DNA of 64,000 bases, from NCBI GenBank assembly GCA_965231045.1, contig OZ246406.1, positions 578,208 to 642,207 of the forward strand. Reading direction: 5' to 3'. The stretch comes from an uncultured Candidatus Saccharibacteria bacterium (lineage in GTDB: Bacteria; Patescibacteriota; Saccharimonadia; Saccharimonadales; JAGQNJ01). Below are positions 1-9,213 of this stretch, piece by piece. Within the stretch, counting starts at the first letter, position 1. The number at the start of each line of letters is the position of its first letter. Under the pieces are notes generated by a model. The model ran no database searches and was not told the origin of the DNA. It worked only from the letters and a program-made list of their open reading frames with translations. Made by a program: the position numbers and the translations under genes.

Positions 1-130
1 CAAGAAGCTGGTTTTTCATATCACGCTTTGCGACTGTTCCAGTTAATTCCAGCAAACGATCAGCTAGCGTAGACTTGCCGTGATCGATATGTGCAATAAT
101 GCAAAAGTTTCTAATGTGGTCTTGTTTCAC
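1..130 (-). CDS. lepA: Elongation factor 4 (LepA), N-terminal fragment running off the window
   Basis: The reverse-strand translation from GTG at 130 reads [31 protein letters not shown]. This is the G1 motif AHIDHGKST of the LepA/translational GTPase family. Confidence 0.85.
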   Translation of the reverse strand, partial: MKQDHIRNFCIIAHIDHGKSTLADRLLELTGTVAKRDMKNQLL

Positions 131-161
131 AGTTGACTCATTATAACAGAGGTTAAGGAAT

Positions 162-1754
162 TTATACGTCCATTTTGATTGGTTTGAGAACGATGTTTTT
201 TACCTTAGCTATTACAGGCTGAGCTTCTTCAAGACCAAACAGTGAAGACATACCAACATAAACTGCAAGTGTAACACCAGAAATAAAGGCAAGCTTAGTA
301 CCAAGAGTAATAAACCCTTTGTCAGATATATTAAGCGGGAAGATTGAAATCATTATAAAAGCCGCCACTACCGCAAAGCCAGTAACTGACATTATTCTCA
401 TCATTGCACCAAGAAATGCTTTGTTGAAAATATGATGATCACGAACAACCATAATTACAGCCATAATTCCAACCTCGACTGCTGCCACAATAGATTGTGC
501 AAAAGCCAACCCTGCCACGCCGTAGGCAGTAGGTTTTGATAAGTTATAGGCCAAAAATAGGTTGAGACCAATAGCAAATAATGAGATAAACAGAGGCGTC
601 AACGTATCCTTCTGAGCGTAGAAATACCTTGAAAGCATCGTGTAAATTGTCCTAAACAATATTGCACCTGTTAGAAATCCAAATATCAAAGCAATCTGTG
701 GAGCATCTTTTGCAAAAATCATACGAGCCAAATAACCACGAGCAAAGAAACTCACCACAACTACTGGCATGGCTATCCAAATCATAGCTCTTAAGACTTT
801 TCGAAAATCCTGCCTAAACAAATCTGGACGATGTTGGGACATTCGTCCTGTTAGTCTTGGAAATGCAGCGGTCGAGATTGCGGTCCCAATAAGCAATATC
901 GGTGCCGTATGCAAAATATACGCATTTTCATAGTAGCTAATATTTCCCTCGCCTAATCGTCTGGCGAAGTTTGTTTCAGCGATACTGTTGATTGCATCAA
1001 CTCCTTGGTCAATCGATCGTGGTGGCAAGTTCCTAAGAACAACGTGGAAGTCTTTGTTTTTAAAGTCAATGGTTGGCCAATACTTAAATTTCATGCCCGC
1101 CATTCCAAACAATGCAATGAACACTTGGAATGATGCACCTACTAAAGCACCGATACCCAAGCCCACAATACCTATATTCCCACGGAAAACAAAAATACTT
1201 ACAATGATCGATAAGTTATAGACCAGTGGCGCCATAGCATAGAAGAAAAACCGCCCTTTGGTTTGTTGAACACTCATTAAAATTCCACCAAGTGTGAACA
1301 ACAGTGGGTTAAAGGCAATTATTCGCATTATCGTTGCTGCATTATTCAACTGTTCTGGCGTAAGATCTGGAGCGACAATGTTGTGCAGCAATGGCTTGGC
1401 AAATATGAATATTCCAAGCCCAACTATGGTCATAATTATGGCAAGTAAGTTAATCAGACTTGATGTAATTTTCCATGCGCCTTTGCTGTCACCTTTTTCA
1501 AAGTGATCAGACAATACAGGAATAAAGGCCACGCTCAAAGCACCTGCTGCCAGGGTCAAAAAGAAAAAATCTGGGATTTTGAACGCCGCAAAAAATGTAT
1601 CCGTACTTTGTGGACCTAGAGCACTAAAGTTTGCATTGATAAGTTTAACCCTAAGGAAACCTAAAAGCTGTCCTATTAAAGATGTGCCAATTAAGAGCAC
1701 TGCAGCGCCACTCAAAGAAATCCGCTTATTGGCTCGGGAAAATAATCGATTCAT
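162..1754 (-). CDS. murJ: Lipid II flippase MurJ/MviN family
   Basis: 530-aa polytopic membrane protein of about 14 TM segments. The N-terminal region and overall length are typical of MurJ/MviN. Confidence 0.75.
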   Translation of the reverse strand: MNRLFSRANKRISLSGAAVLLIGTSLIGQLLGFLRVKLINANFSALGPQSTDTFFAAFKIPDFFFLTLAAGALSVAFIPVLSDHFEKGDSKGAWKITSSLINLLAIIMTIVGLGIFIFAKPLLHNIVAPDLTPEQLNNAATIMRIIAFNPLLFTLGGILMSVQQTKGRFFFYAMAPLVYNLSIIVSIFVFRGNIGIVGLGIGALVGASFQVFIALFGMAGMKFKYWPTIDFKNKDFHVVLRNLPPRSIDQGVDAINSIAETNFARRLGEGNISYYENAYILHTAPILLIGTAISTAAFPRLTGRMSQHRPDLFRQDFRKVLRAMIWIAMPVVVVSFFARGYLARMIFAKDAPQIALIFGFLTGAILFRTIYTMLSRYFYAQKDTLTPLFISLFAIGLNLFLAYNLSKPTAYGVAGLAFAQSIVAAVEVGIMAVIMVVRDHHIFNKAFLGAMMRIMSVTGFAVVAAFIMISIFPLNISDKGFITLGTKLAFISGVTLAVYVGMSSLFGLEEAQPVIAKVKNIVLKPIKMDV

Positions 1755-1830
1755 TCCCCATAATTATAAGAGGTAAAGACTTAAATTAAAACCTTTAAAC
1801 ACTAACAATATTAATTATGATGCAGGTAGG

Positions 1831-3699
1831 CTAATAAAGGGCAGCTGAACTTGGCATTACTGAGCCCTTGAGAATTTCGAGCACTTCATCAGCTTCTACG
1901 GTTTCTTTTTCGATTAATGCATCCTTTAGATGTTCTAGTTTAGTTTTATTGGCCTTGATTACGTCTTTGGCACGACGGCTGGCTTCGGTAATCAGGTTTT
2001 CGACTTCATCATCAATAATCTTGGCTGTCTCATCAGAATATTGTCGTTCGTGAACCATTCTCTCAAGCATCATGCCTTCTTCTACATGGAAAACTTGATC
2101 ACGAAGTTTACGACCCATGCCCTGGTTTACAACCATATCACGTGCTAACTCAGCAGCTTTTTGCAAATCACTCCCGGCACCAGTTGTCACACGATCTGGG
2201 CCATACATAACCTCTTCTGCAACACGTCCACCAAGCATTCTAGCTAGGACGTCCTTGTATTCGATGATGCTGTGATAGCTTTTATCTTCTGGCGGGATAA
2301 ACCACGTTACACCCCCGGTACCACCGCGCGGAATTATAGTAACTTTATGAACCATGTCACTGTCTGGCAACACATGCCCGACAATGGCATGCCCTGCTTC
2401 ATGATAGGCTGTTAGCTCTTTTTCCTGATCGCTCATGATCTTGCTCTTGCGTTCTGGACCAATCGCAACTTTCTCAAACGCCGCTGTTACATCAGCTTGT
2501 GATATTTCTTTATGACTATGTCGAGCAGCGGTGATAGCAGCTTCGTTGGCAATGTTCGCAAGGTCAGCACCTGAGCTACCTGCAGTCTTGGCAGCCAATG
2601 CGTCTAAGTCGACGTTTTTGGCCAGTGGCTTTTTATCAAAATGAACTTTTAGGATTGCCTCGCGGTCTTTGCGATCAGGCAATGCAATGTTGACACGTCG
2701 ATCAAAACGACCTGGTCGAAGCAATGCTGGATCAAGCACATCGGCTCGGTTAGTTGCCGCGAGGACAATAACGTTCTGTCCTTGCTCAAAACCATCCATT
2801 TCAACCAAAATTTGGTTTAGTGTTTGTTCGCGCTCATCATGACCACCGCCCATTCCAGAACCACGTCGTCGTCCAACAGCATCGATTTCATCCACGAAAA
2901 TAATACATGGGGCATTCTTCTTGGCCTTAGCAAATAAATCACGAACACGTGATGCACCAACACCAACAAACATCTCTACGAATTCAGAACCAGAAATACT
3001 AAAGAATGGAACATTAGCTTCACCGGCAACTGCCCTAGCCAACATTGTTTTACCAGTTCCTGGAGGGCCAACTAGCAGCACGCCTTTTGGAATACGCGCC
3101 CCAATTGACTCAAACTTCTTAGGAAATTTCAAAAATTCAACAATCTCTTGTAAATCTATTTTAGCCTCATCACTTCCGGCAATATTAGCGAAAGTAACTT
3201 TATCTTTTTCATTGCCATACAGTCGAGCACGGCTTTTACCAAAGCTCATTGCTTGGTTGCCTTGACCTTGTGCGCTACGCAACATAAAGAACAATGCCAA
3301 AGTAATTAGGAGTACTGGTATTACTGAAACACCAATGTTTACCCAAGTTGAACCAGCGTTTGAGGGCTGTTTAACGTCGACCACAACATCACGATTTGTA
3401 AGCCCTTGCTCATAAATACTAGAGCCTGATTCTTTGTTAGACTTCTCGGTTGGTTGATCATCACCCTTTTTGGTAATTGTCAGTTGATCGCCTGTGACTG
3501 TAATCTTCTGGATTTCACCATTATTTGCTCGGTTGATAACATTCGAGAAATCGGCGTGCTTTAAGTTATCTGGTTTATATAAAGAAGCAAAAATAACTAA
3601 CCCAATAAGAATTAGGGCAACTATAAAGCCAATGTTTTTGAAGCCACGGCGCTTGTTGTAATCATTATTTCCACTCGGTTTAAAAGGTTTTTTATCCAT
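1831..3699 (-). CDS. ftsH: ATP-dependent zinc metalloprotease FtsH
   Basis: Has an N-terminal TM segment, Walker A GPPGTGKT, an AAA second region of homology and the HEAGH zinc motif. Confidence 0.95.
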   Translation of the reverse strand: MDKKPFKPSGNNDYNKRRGFKNIGFIVALILIGLVIFASLYKPDNLKHADFSNVINRANNGEIQKITVTGDQLTITKKGDDQPTEKSNKESGSSIYEQGLTNRDVVVDVKQPSNAGSTWVNIGVSVIPVLLITLALFFMLRSAQGQGNQAMSFGKSRARLYGNEKDKVTFANIAGSDEAKIDLQEIVEFLKFPKKFESIGARIPKGVLLVGPPGTGKTMLARAVAGEANVPFFSISGSEFVEMFVGVGASRVRDLFAKAKKNAPCIIFVDEIDAVGRRRGSGMGGGHDEREQTLNQILVEMDGFEQGQNVIVLAATNRADVLDPALLRPGRFDRRVNIALPDRKDREAILKVHFDKKPLAKNVDLDALAAKTAGSSGADLANIANEAAITAARHSHKEISQADVTAAFEKVAIGPERKSKIMSDQEKELTAYHEAGHAIVGHVLPDSDMVHKVTIIPRGGTGGVTWFIPPEDKSYHSIIEYKDVLARMLGGRVAEEVMYGPDRVTTGAGSDLQKAAELARDMVVNQGMGRKLRDQVFHVEEGMMLERMVHERQYSDETAKIIDDEVENLITEASRRAKDVIKANKTKLEHLKDALIEKETVEADEVLEILKGSVMPSSAALY

Positions 3700-3741
3700 G
3701 CGTGCATTTATTATACAGATTGAGTAGACAGAACGCCAATC

Positions 3742-4614
3742 TTAGGGTTTAAGTAACAACAAGTCTTTTTGAATTTCTATCGTTACGCCTTTCTTAACCG
3801 GAATAGTTTTGCCAGGCTTTAGAGTTTTTGCGCTAATCACAATTCGTTCGATTATTTTACGATCAAACTCTGTAACACCGTTTGTTCTTAGCCAGCTCGA
3901 TATTAATTCTTTGGCGAGTACATGATCGGAGTTAATTACATTTCTTTTATCTAAAGTTTTTTCCTGCTTTTGATATTCTGCTAGTAACTTGTCGATTTCG
4001 GGATTATGGTGAGAAAGCGTGGCATGAATATCTAGAAACTTCTGACGATCATGTTCGCTAAGTCTTGGAACAATCTCGTGCCGAATTTTATTTCTCAAAT
4101 AATTGGTATCGATATTGGTTGAATCTTCGTGCCAAGTAAGTGAGTTTTGTTTGGCATAGTTAATAAGTTCTTGCTTTGTAACTCCCAAAAATGGTCGTTT
4201 TAGTTTTTCTTGATCACTTAATGAAGTAATACCTTTTCGACCAGTACCACGAAGTAGGTTCAGAATAATTGTCTCGATTAAATCATCTTGGTGGTGGGCT
4301 GTAATGATCGATTTGGCGTGGTGTTTGTTCATGACTGATTCCAAAAATTCGTACCTGGCTTGGCGTGCAGTCGATTCACTAGCAGTACTCCCAAGATGCC
4401 CTTCAGCATATTCAAATAACAAACCATACTTACTGGCTAAGTTTTCTACAAATTTTTTGTCATCACCAGAATCCTCACGAATACCATGATCGAAATGCGC
4501 AACAACTAACTCAATATCAGGCTGCTTACTAAGTGCGTCAAGCAATACGACTGAATCAACCCCACCAGACACAGCAATAATATATCGTCCGGGCTTAAGT
4601 ACCTCGATTTTCAT
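3742..4614 (-). CDS. tilS: tRNA(Ile)-lysidine synthase
   Basis: Contains the PP-loop SGGVDS and HFDHGIR. I prefer the internal ATG (MKIEVLKPG...) at 4614 because the longer ORF would overlap the pyrB stop. Confidence 0.85.
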   Translation of the reverse strand: MKIEVLKPGRYIIAVSGGVDSVVLLDALSKQPDIELVVAHFDHGIREDSGDDKKFVENLASKYGLLFEYAEGHLGSTASESTARQARYEFLESVMNKHHAKSIITAHHQDDLIETIILNLLRGTGRKGITSLSDQEKLKRPFLGVTKQELINYAKQNSLTWHEDSTNIDTNYLRNKIRHEIVPRLSEHDRQKFLDIHATLSHHNPEIDKLLAEYQKQEKTLDKRNVINSDHVLAKELISSWLRTNGVTEFDRKIIERIVISAKTLKPGKTIPVKKGVTIEIQKDLLLLKP

Positions 4615-4621
4615 GCCTACA

Positions 4622-5782
4622 TCATAACAGGCCGAGTATGTTCTGTTCAGCAATAATATCTAGAAGCGCTTCTCTGGCATACAGTCCATTTTTTACTTGC
4701 GGGAAAAATATTGAACGTAGATCATGATCAATCGCTGTATCAATTTCATCTACCCTAGGCAATGGGTGCATAATCCTTGCATCTACAGACAAATCCTTAA
4801 TTGTGTCGGGGTTTAAGACAAATCCCATTTGTGGCTCTGGCTCTGGATCTGACCACCATTTTCTTACCGCCTGTATAGCCCGTCCCCCAAAGTGTTTAGC
4901 CTGAGCATATATTCTGTTATCAGGTTGAGGCATGCGTTCTTTCTGAGTTCTTGTCCAATATACAACATCGATTGAAGGATCTCTCAAGGCATCGTAAACA
5001 TCATTAGTTTCAGTGAATGGAGTACCACTTTTGTGAAGCACATCTTTTACCTCATCAGTCGCGGCAAGCCACGGGACTGATGCGAATGTCACACGAGTAC
5101 CATGAAAACGCGACATCAATCGTGCCAATGAATGAACAGTACGCCCATATCGGAGATCGCCGCCAAAGACTATGTGCCGATCATCTAGTGTCCCAAATTC
5201 ACGATGAATAGTATATGCATCAAGCAAAGCTTGGGTCGGATGCTCACCAGGCCCATCACCAGCATTAATTATTGGGGTTTCACTGGCTCTTGCTGCGCGA
5301 GATAAACTTCCCGATTCTCCATGCCTAATAACAACTGCAGAATACCCCATCTGATCCAATGTATGAGCATTATCTTCGATAGTCTCACCTTTTGCAGCAG
5401 AAGAAAATATGCCTGCAGCGTTAGTGTGCACAACATCCATGCCCAGCATCATGGCAGCGGTTCGAAAACTAAAGTCGGTACGTGTTGAAGGCTCATGGAA
5501 CGTCACACCAATTCGCAAGCCTTTGTGCTTTTCAACCATTTCGCGTCGGCCATCGAGCGTAGCATCCATTCCGCGCAGTTCATCAGCCCGTTGAAAAATT
5601 TCAGGCAGCAGCCCGGGAATAAATTGATCGGCAGAAATAACATGCCAATCATCACTGCCCTTAATAAAAGATTCGTAGAGTCTGGGCTGAACCGGCACAT
5701 CCATAAGAGGTTCTTGTGTATATGGCCCTCCTTCTGGTTGAAAAAGTCTTTCCTGCCCTTCAGTTTCTTGCCCAATACTCAT
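4622..5782 (-). CDS. pyrB: Aspartate carbamoyltransferase catalytic chain, atypical
   Basis: Shows the motifs STRTD (canonical STRTR), RHGESG, HPTQALLD, GDLRYGRTVHS, TRTQKER and HPLPRVDEI. It carries an extra N-terminal segment of about 45 aa and an insertion of about 30 aa before HPLPR. Confidence 0.85.
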   Translation of the reverse strand: MSIGQETEGQERLFQPEGGPYTQEPLMDVPVQPRLYESFIKGSDDWHVISADQFIPGLLPEIFQRADELRGMDATLDGRREMVEKHKGLRIGVTFHEPSTRTDFSFRTAAMMLGMDVVHTNAAGIFSSAAKGETIEDNAHTLDQMGYSAVVIRHGESGSLSRAARASETPIINAGDGPGEHPTQALLDAYTIHREFGTLDDRHIVFGGDLRYGRTVHSLARLMSRFHGTRVTFASVPWLAATDEVKDVLHKSGTPFTETNDVYDALRDPSIDVVYWTRTQKERMPQPDNRIYAQAKHFGGRAIQAVRKWWSDPEPEPQMGFVLNPDTIKDLSVDARIMHPLPRVDEIDTAIDHDLRSIFFPQVKNGLYAREALLDIIAEQNILGLL

Positions 5783-5793
5783 AAACCCTCCTT

Positions 5794-6132
5794 TTATTGC
5801 CCTAAGGCTCTTAATAATCCTTCTACTGCAAATAATTCTTCGTGAAATTCTGGTTTTCTTTTCTCTGCATCTTTTGTTGCACCATAATCCATACCTCGCT
5901 TATAGTGCAAATCCCAGTCTTCCTTTGTCATTGAACCAATTAATACTTCTGCTCTGTGCACATCAATTGCATCACGAAAGCCTTCACCATGTTCCGCTTG
6001 CATTGCACGCATATAAGTAACGATTGATCCCACGGCATCAGCTGGTGTTTCAATAACCGGTGCTTCAACAGCTACCGGTATTTCTACTGCTAGTGGCATA
6101 TTAACTCCTGGTGCATGTTCTATGGTTAACAT
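5794..6132 (-). CDS. Hypothetical protein (112 aa), first gene of the pyrB transcription unit
   Basis: An ORF preceded by the RBS AAAGGAGGGAG and a leader with a hairpin. No recognisable motif. Confidence 0.5.
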   Translation of the reverse strand: MLTIEHAPGVNMPLAVEIPVAVEAPVIETPADAVGSIVTYMRAMQAEHGEGFRDAIDVHRAEVLIGSMTKEDWDLHYKRGMDYGATKDAEKRKPEFHEELFAVEGLLRALGQ

Positions 6133-6231
6133 GGCTCCCTCCTTTTTATTTTTGATATAAAAAAACCTCCGTCAGGAGGCCCTACTTTGCGTTTGATTGT
6201 GTGTATTTTCCAGTACGCATACTGGAATTAT

Positions 6232-6261
6232 ATTATAACCCCTTTGCTTATGGTTTTACAA
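6232..6261 (-). promoter_or_regulatory. Sigma70-like promoter (TTGTAA-18-TATAAT) for the 5794..6132/pyrB unit
   Basis: The reverse strand reads TTGTAAaaccataagcaaaggggtTATAAT. It is followed by a leader of about 100 nt containing hairpin TTCCAGTA/TACTGGAA and CCTCC-tgac-GGAGG plus a U-run just before the RBS. Confidence 0.5.
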
Positions 6262-6371
6262 GTGGGTTCCCAAGCCAAGAGGATTTGGCTTGGGCTAAGC
6301 GTAACAATTGAGGAAAGCTGAAAATAAAAACAGCTCCCTGTTTTTAAGGAAGCTGAACTTCAATTGTAAGC

Positions 6372-6448
6372 TGGTAGCGGCGACTGGAATTGAACCAGTG
6401 ACCTTAGGCTTATGAGTCCTACGCTCTAACCAACTGAGCTACGCCGCC
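6372..6448 (-). tRNA. tRNA-Met (anticodon CAU), elongator type, CCA encoded
   Basis: GGCGGCGTAGCTCAGTTGGTTAGAGCGTAGGACTCATAAGCCTAAGGTCACTGGTTCAATTCCAGTCGCCGCTACCA forms a clean cloverleaf. The G1:C72 pair argues against an initiator. Confidence 0.9.
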
Positions 6449-6539
6449 ACGTCGTTAGTGCAAGCTCGAGAGCTTGCAAGCCAACGAGCAAAAACAAGTT
6501 GTCGCTCTCGGCACGCAAGCTCTTTGCTGCGCTTCCTCT

Positions 6540-6577
6540 CAAAATTGTAAACAGCTAAAGCTTGGTTTACAATTTTG
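6540..6577. repeat. Perfect 13-bp inverted repeat (CAAAATTGTAAAC / GTTTACAATTTTG) with a 12-nt loop
   Basis: Read directly from the sequence. A related palindrome TTACAAATTGTAA lies at 6584-6596, and a TGCAAGCT-cgag-AGCTTGCA hairpin lies nearer the tRNA. Confidence 0.8.
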
Positions 6578-6692
6578 TCTTTCTTACAAATTGTAAATAT
6601 ATCAGATTTCGCCCCTGTTGGCTAGTTGCTTTACGTATTATTAACAATGTTGCTTGTGTAAACCAACGCCCAGGTTTACACTGAGATTAAAG

Positions 6693-7094
6693 ATGGCAGT
6701 AACGGAACTTGAAACACCGGAACCTGGTGAACCTCTTCCTCGGCGAGAACAACTTGATACAGTTGAAGCACCCCGCATTGAGTTGTTTGGTGTTACATTT
6801 ACTGACGAGCAATATCGTGAAGAACTTGGGTTATATATAGGCCGCAAGATTCTGGTTACCAGCACTGCTATTCGGCATTTCAAAAGTCCACTAGGACTTA
6901 CGGTAAAATTCGAACAAGACCCTGTTAGCATCGAACAGGAGTTAACCCACGCTCTTAAAATCACTGGTCTACCAATGAATCGAGACGGTCAAGAAGCTTT
7001 GATGATACAGCTAATTCACCCAAAACTTGGGATGATCGAACCGTTTGTTCCACTAGATAGAGCAGTTACCCAAATCCACATCCCTATAGAATAA
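6693..7094 (+). CDS. Hypothetical protein (133 aa from the ATG; the ORF track starts at TTG 6654)
   Basis: Long ORF followed by a terminator hairpin. No recognisable domain. Confidence 0.5.
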   Translation: MAVTELETPEPGEPLPRREQLDTVEAPRIELFGVTFTDEQYREELGLYIGRKILVTSTAIRHFKSPLGLTVKFEQDPVSIEQELTHALKITGLPMNRDGQEALMIQLIHPKLGMIEPFVPLDRAVTQIHIPIE

Positions 7095-7096
7095 AA

Positions 7097-7120
7097 AGAG
7101 CCTTCTCGTAAGTAGGCTCT
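7097..7120. terminator. Bidirectional intrinsic terminator
   Basis: AGAGCCT-tctcgtaagt-AGGCTCT is flanked by an A-run on one side and a T-run on the other. Confidence 0.6.
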
Positions 7121-7160
7121 TTGGTTAAAACACTGACTGACCGTGCTAAATGATTGCTAT

Positions 7161-7253
7161 TTAAAGTTCTGCTAAAACTTTATCGATTTCTAAAATTTTT
7201 TCATCACTACTTGGTAGTAATTCATAAGCTAATTCTTGTACTAGCGATTGCAT
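7161..7253 (-). CDS. Candidate 30-aa small ORF (MQSLVQELAYELLPSSDEKILEIDKVLAEL)
   Basis: It lies below the ORF-track cutoff. An AAGGAA RBS sits 9 nt upstream, a near-consensus promoter lies at 7321-7348 and the terminator at 7097-7120 follows. Confidence 0.3.
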   Translation of the reverse strand: MQSLVQELAYELLPSSDEKILEIDKVLAEL

Positions 7254-7320
7254 GGAGTTTGTTCCTTTTTGTTGTTTTATTGTTTTTATTTGTTGCAACA
7301 ATACTCATTATTATACATGC

Positions 7321-7348
7321 TTTTGCTTTTTTGTCAACTATTTTGTAT
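7321..7348 (-). promoter_or_regulatory. Near-consensus sigma70 promoter TTGACA-16-TATAAT
   Basis: The reverse strand reads TTGACAaaaaagcaaaagcatgTATAAT. It sits directly downstream of the stop of 7355..8746. Confidence 0.6.
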
Positions 7349-7354
7349 TGGAGT

Positions 7355-8746
7355 TTATATCCCGAGTCTTTGTCGTAGAGTTGCCTGCTCATTTGGCAGA
7401 GGCCAGGCGTTAAATTTGCACCCCTGTAAATCAATAGATTGCTGCTCCATTACCGGTGCTGACTGACCAGCACCTGGACACCCAGAATGCCCAAATCCAA
7501 GCCAATGACCAACTTCATGATTGATTGCCATAGCACGGTATTCATCTAGGCTCCCACCGTTTTGGTTCCACGGTGTCGTAGCGTATTGCCATCTATCGTA
7601 GTTAATGATTACATTTGGATAAACTGTGCAACTCCAACTTGTATCGCAAATACTCCCGAAGCTTGGCATTTGATCGGCAGAAGCTAGCCAAACAGTCAGA
7701 TCACACCCACTGCTCGCCGGTACAAAGTTAATCTGGCCATCTAGGCCCCAGCCACGTTCATCACTAAAAGTGCCCGCAAGCTTACTCTGTAAAACACTAA
7801 GTGCGCTAGCGTCAACTCCACGTAATCCCGTGCAATATGTATATGTCTTGAGTGGTGTTGGTTCAAACGTAAAGTCCAATGTCTTTTTGTTCTGAATCGA
7901 AGCTTTGGTATCGCGCACGGCATCATTTATATTCTTAATACCAATCCCAAAATTTTTACCAACCTTCACTAGGAAACTTTTTATTTTGGCGTCGGTTAAT
8001 ATGTACGATGTGCCACTAACCTCGTGAAGATTCATTATTTCTTCTGGTGATAACTTCTTAGATTTGTCCTTGTAATGGTATGTTATTGAAACAGTCTGAC
8101 GCTCCTTCAAATCTTTAAGGTTTGAGGCCAGGTCTTTTTGGGTAACCTTGGGCTTAGTAATGATTACTGGTACGTCAACCCTGTTACTACCACTAGATAT
8201 ACTGTCTTGTAGTGATTGTTGGAGCTGATTCGTATCCAGGCTGTAGCCATCGGCCTCTGGAGCTATTTCAAAACTGCTTCCATTTATTACGACTTTGGCG
8301 TCTGTTGGGTCTTTCTTAAATGTATTCGCTAGATTTCCTGTAGCTGACTTATATGTATCATCAGTCTTTATAACAACCATAACTGGTTGATGTTTAAAAA
8401 AGTTCGCAACTGGTAGCCATGAGCGTTGCTTGATGGCACTTTGAGTGGTTTTCTCAGAATCAACAGATATTCCAATGTCCTTAGTGTTCATCGTTTCCGA
8501 CTTGTCTTGATATGAAAAAGTCAGACTATCTGGCAATAGGTTCATTTTGCCTAGTTTTTGCTCAAGATTTGTCTTGGAAATATTGCCAATATTCTGGTTT
8601 TGAATCTTAGTGCCTGGATATGTGCGATTCATAAAAATCACATAAATTAACAGATTAAATATGGCAAACCCGAGCAATATAGCTCCGGTGATAATCAGAC
8701 CCTTTTTTACACCTTTTTTGTTTAGAAGTTTATTCAGCCGCTTCAT
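7355..8746 (-). CDS. Membrane-anchored secreted zinc metallopeptidase (metzincin-like HExxHxxGxxH)
   Basis: Has an N-terminal TM helix and the C-terminal motif HEVGHWLGFGH with several Cys. The central region resembles YoaR/VanW-type extracellular domains; that part is inference. Confidence 0.7.
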   Translation of the reverse strand: MKRLNKLLNKKGVKKGLIITGAILLGFAIFNLLIYVIFMNRTYPGTKIQNQNIGNISKTNLEQKLGKMNLLPDSLTFSYQDKSETMNTKDIGISVDSEKTTQSAIKQRSWLPVANFFKHQPVMVVIKTDDTYKSATGNLANTFKKDPTDAKVVINGSSFEIAPEADGYSLDTNQLQQSLQDSISSGSNRVDVPVIITKPKVTQKDLASNLKDLKERQTVSITYHYKDKSKKLSPEEIMNLHEVSGTSYILTDAKIKSFLVKVGKNFGIGIKNINDAVRDTKASIQNKKTLDFTFEPTPLKTYTYCTGLRGVDASALSVLQSKLAGTFSDERGWGLDGQINFVPASSGCDLTVWLASADQMPSFGSICDTSWSCTVYPNVIINYDRWQYATTPWNQNGGSLDEYRAMAINHEVGHWLGFGHSGCPGAGQSAPVMEQQSIDLQGCKFNAWPLPNEQATLRQRLGI

Positions 8747-8799
8747 GACTTACTCTTATTATATGTCAGAATCATTGGAAAAAGCTGTAACAGATTACA

Positions 8800-8828
8800 T
8801 TGACATAATTACCTCTGTTTAGTAAGAT
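8800..8828 (+). promoter_or_regulatory. Promoter TTGACA-17-TAAGAT upstream of the initiator-like tRNA
   Basis: Reads TTGACAtaattacctctgtttagTAAGAT. The tRNA starts about 24 nt downstream. Confidence 0.6.
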
Positions 8829-8851
8829 GTAGTCTGCTCTATAGCAGATAA

Positions 8852-8926
8852 AGCGGGATGGAGCAGCGGCAGCTCGCGTGGCTCATAACCACGAGGTCCC
8901 AGGTTCGAGTCCTGGTCCCGCAACCA
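8852..8926 (+). tRNA. tRNA-fMet-like (anticodon CAU), initiator type, CCA encoded
   Basis: AGCGGGATGGAGCAGCGGCAGCTCGCGTGGCTCATAACCACGAGGTCCCAGGTTCGAGTCCTGGTCCCGCAACCA resembles E. coli tRNA-fMet. It has an unpaired 1:72 (A:A) and discriminator A. Confidence 0.85.
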
Positions 8927-8943
8927 AATTAGCACCTCTGTAG

Positions 8944-8973
8944 CAGTCCTATTCTATGCAATAGGGCTGTTTT
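8944..8973 (+). terminator. Intrinsic terminator after the initiator-like tRNA
   Basis: CAGTCCTATT-ctatgc-AATAGGGCTG is followed by TTTT. Confidence 0.65.
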
Positions 8974-9137
8974 CATGTCAAGGGTATTTGGGGATTCATG
9001 TCATCAATGTGTCATCAAACCTCGCGCGGTTACTAACCCGAAGGTTTTAGTCATGCATAGGCGTGAGGGCTTTACGGGCCCGGTGCCATAACATACAATA
9101 GAGTTATCAAGCATATTGCTTGAACGGCTTAGACAGT

Positions 9138-9180
9138 AAAGAACCCCCTACCTTTCGGAAGGGGGTTCTTTGTTTTGTTT
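9138..9180 (+). terminator. Strong intrinsic terminator
   Basis: AAAGAACCCCC-tacctttcggaa-GGGGGTTCTTT is followed by GTTTTGTTT. Confidence 0.7.
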
Positions 9181-9213
9181 GGTGGGTTGTTTTTGATGAG
9201 CCACTACAACACG

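Noticed and set aside
988-3265. Plus-strand ORFs inside murJ and ftsH: 988..1221, 1294..1506, 1579..1776, 1868..2053 and 2921..3265.
   Set aside because: They are antisense shadow ORFs lying entirely within strongly supported genes, with low-complexity or odd composition. The same reasoning applies to the many other nested ORFs in the track, for example 38311..39261, 40489..41198, 42604..43686, 59668..60461 and 61619..61960.
6449-6600. A CRISPR-like array was considered because of the repeated short palindromes.
   Set aside because: The repeats are only 8-13 nt, differ in sequence and orientation and have irregular spacing, and no cas genes are present. No CRISPR array is seen anywhere in the window.
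8975-9137. A known ncRNA (tmRNA, SRP RNA, 6S or RNase P) was considered between the tRNA terminator and the strong terminator at 9138-9180.
   Set aside because: None of the conserved cores I know are present: the tmRNA tRNA-like ends, the SRP GGAAG/AGCA domain IV, and the RNase P GAGGAAAGUCC. It may still be an unclassified transcript, but I cannot support a call.
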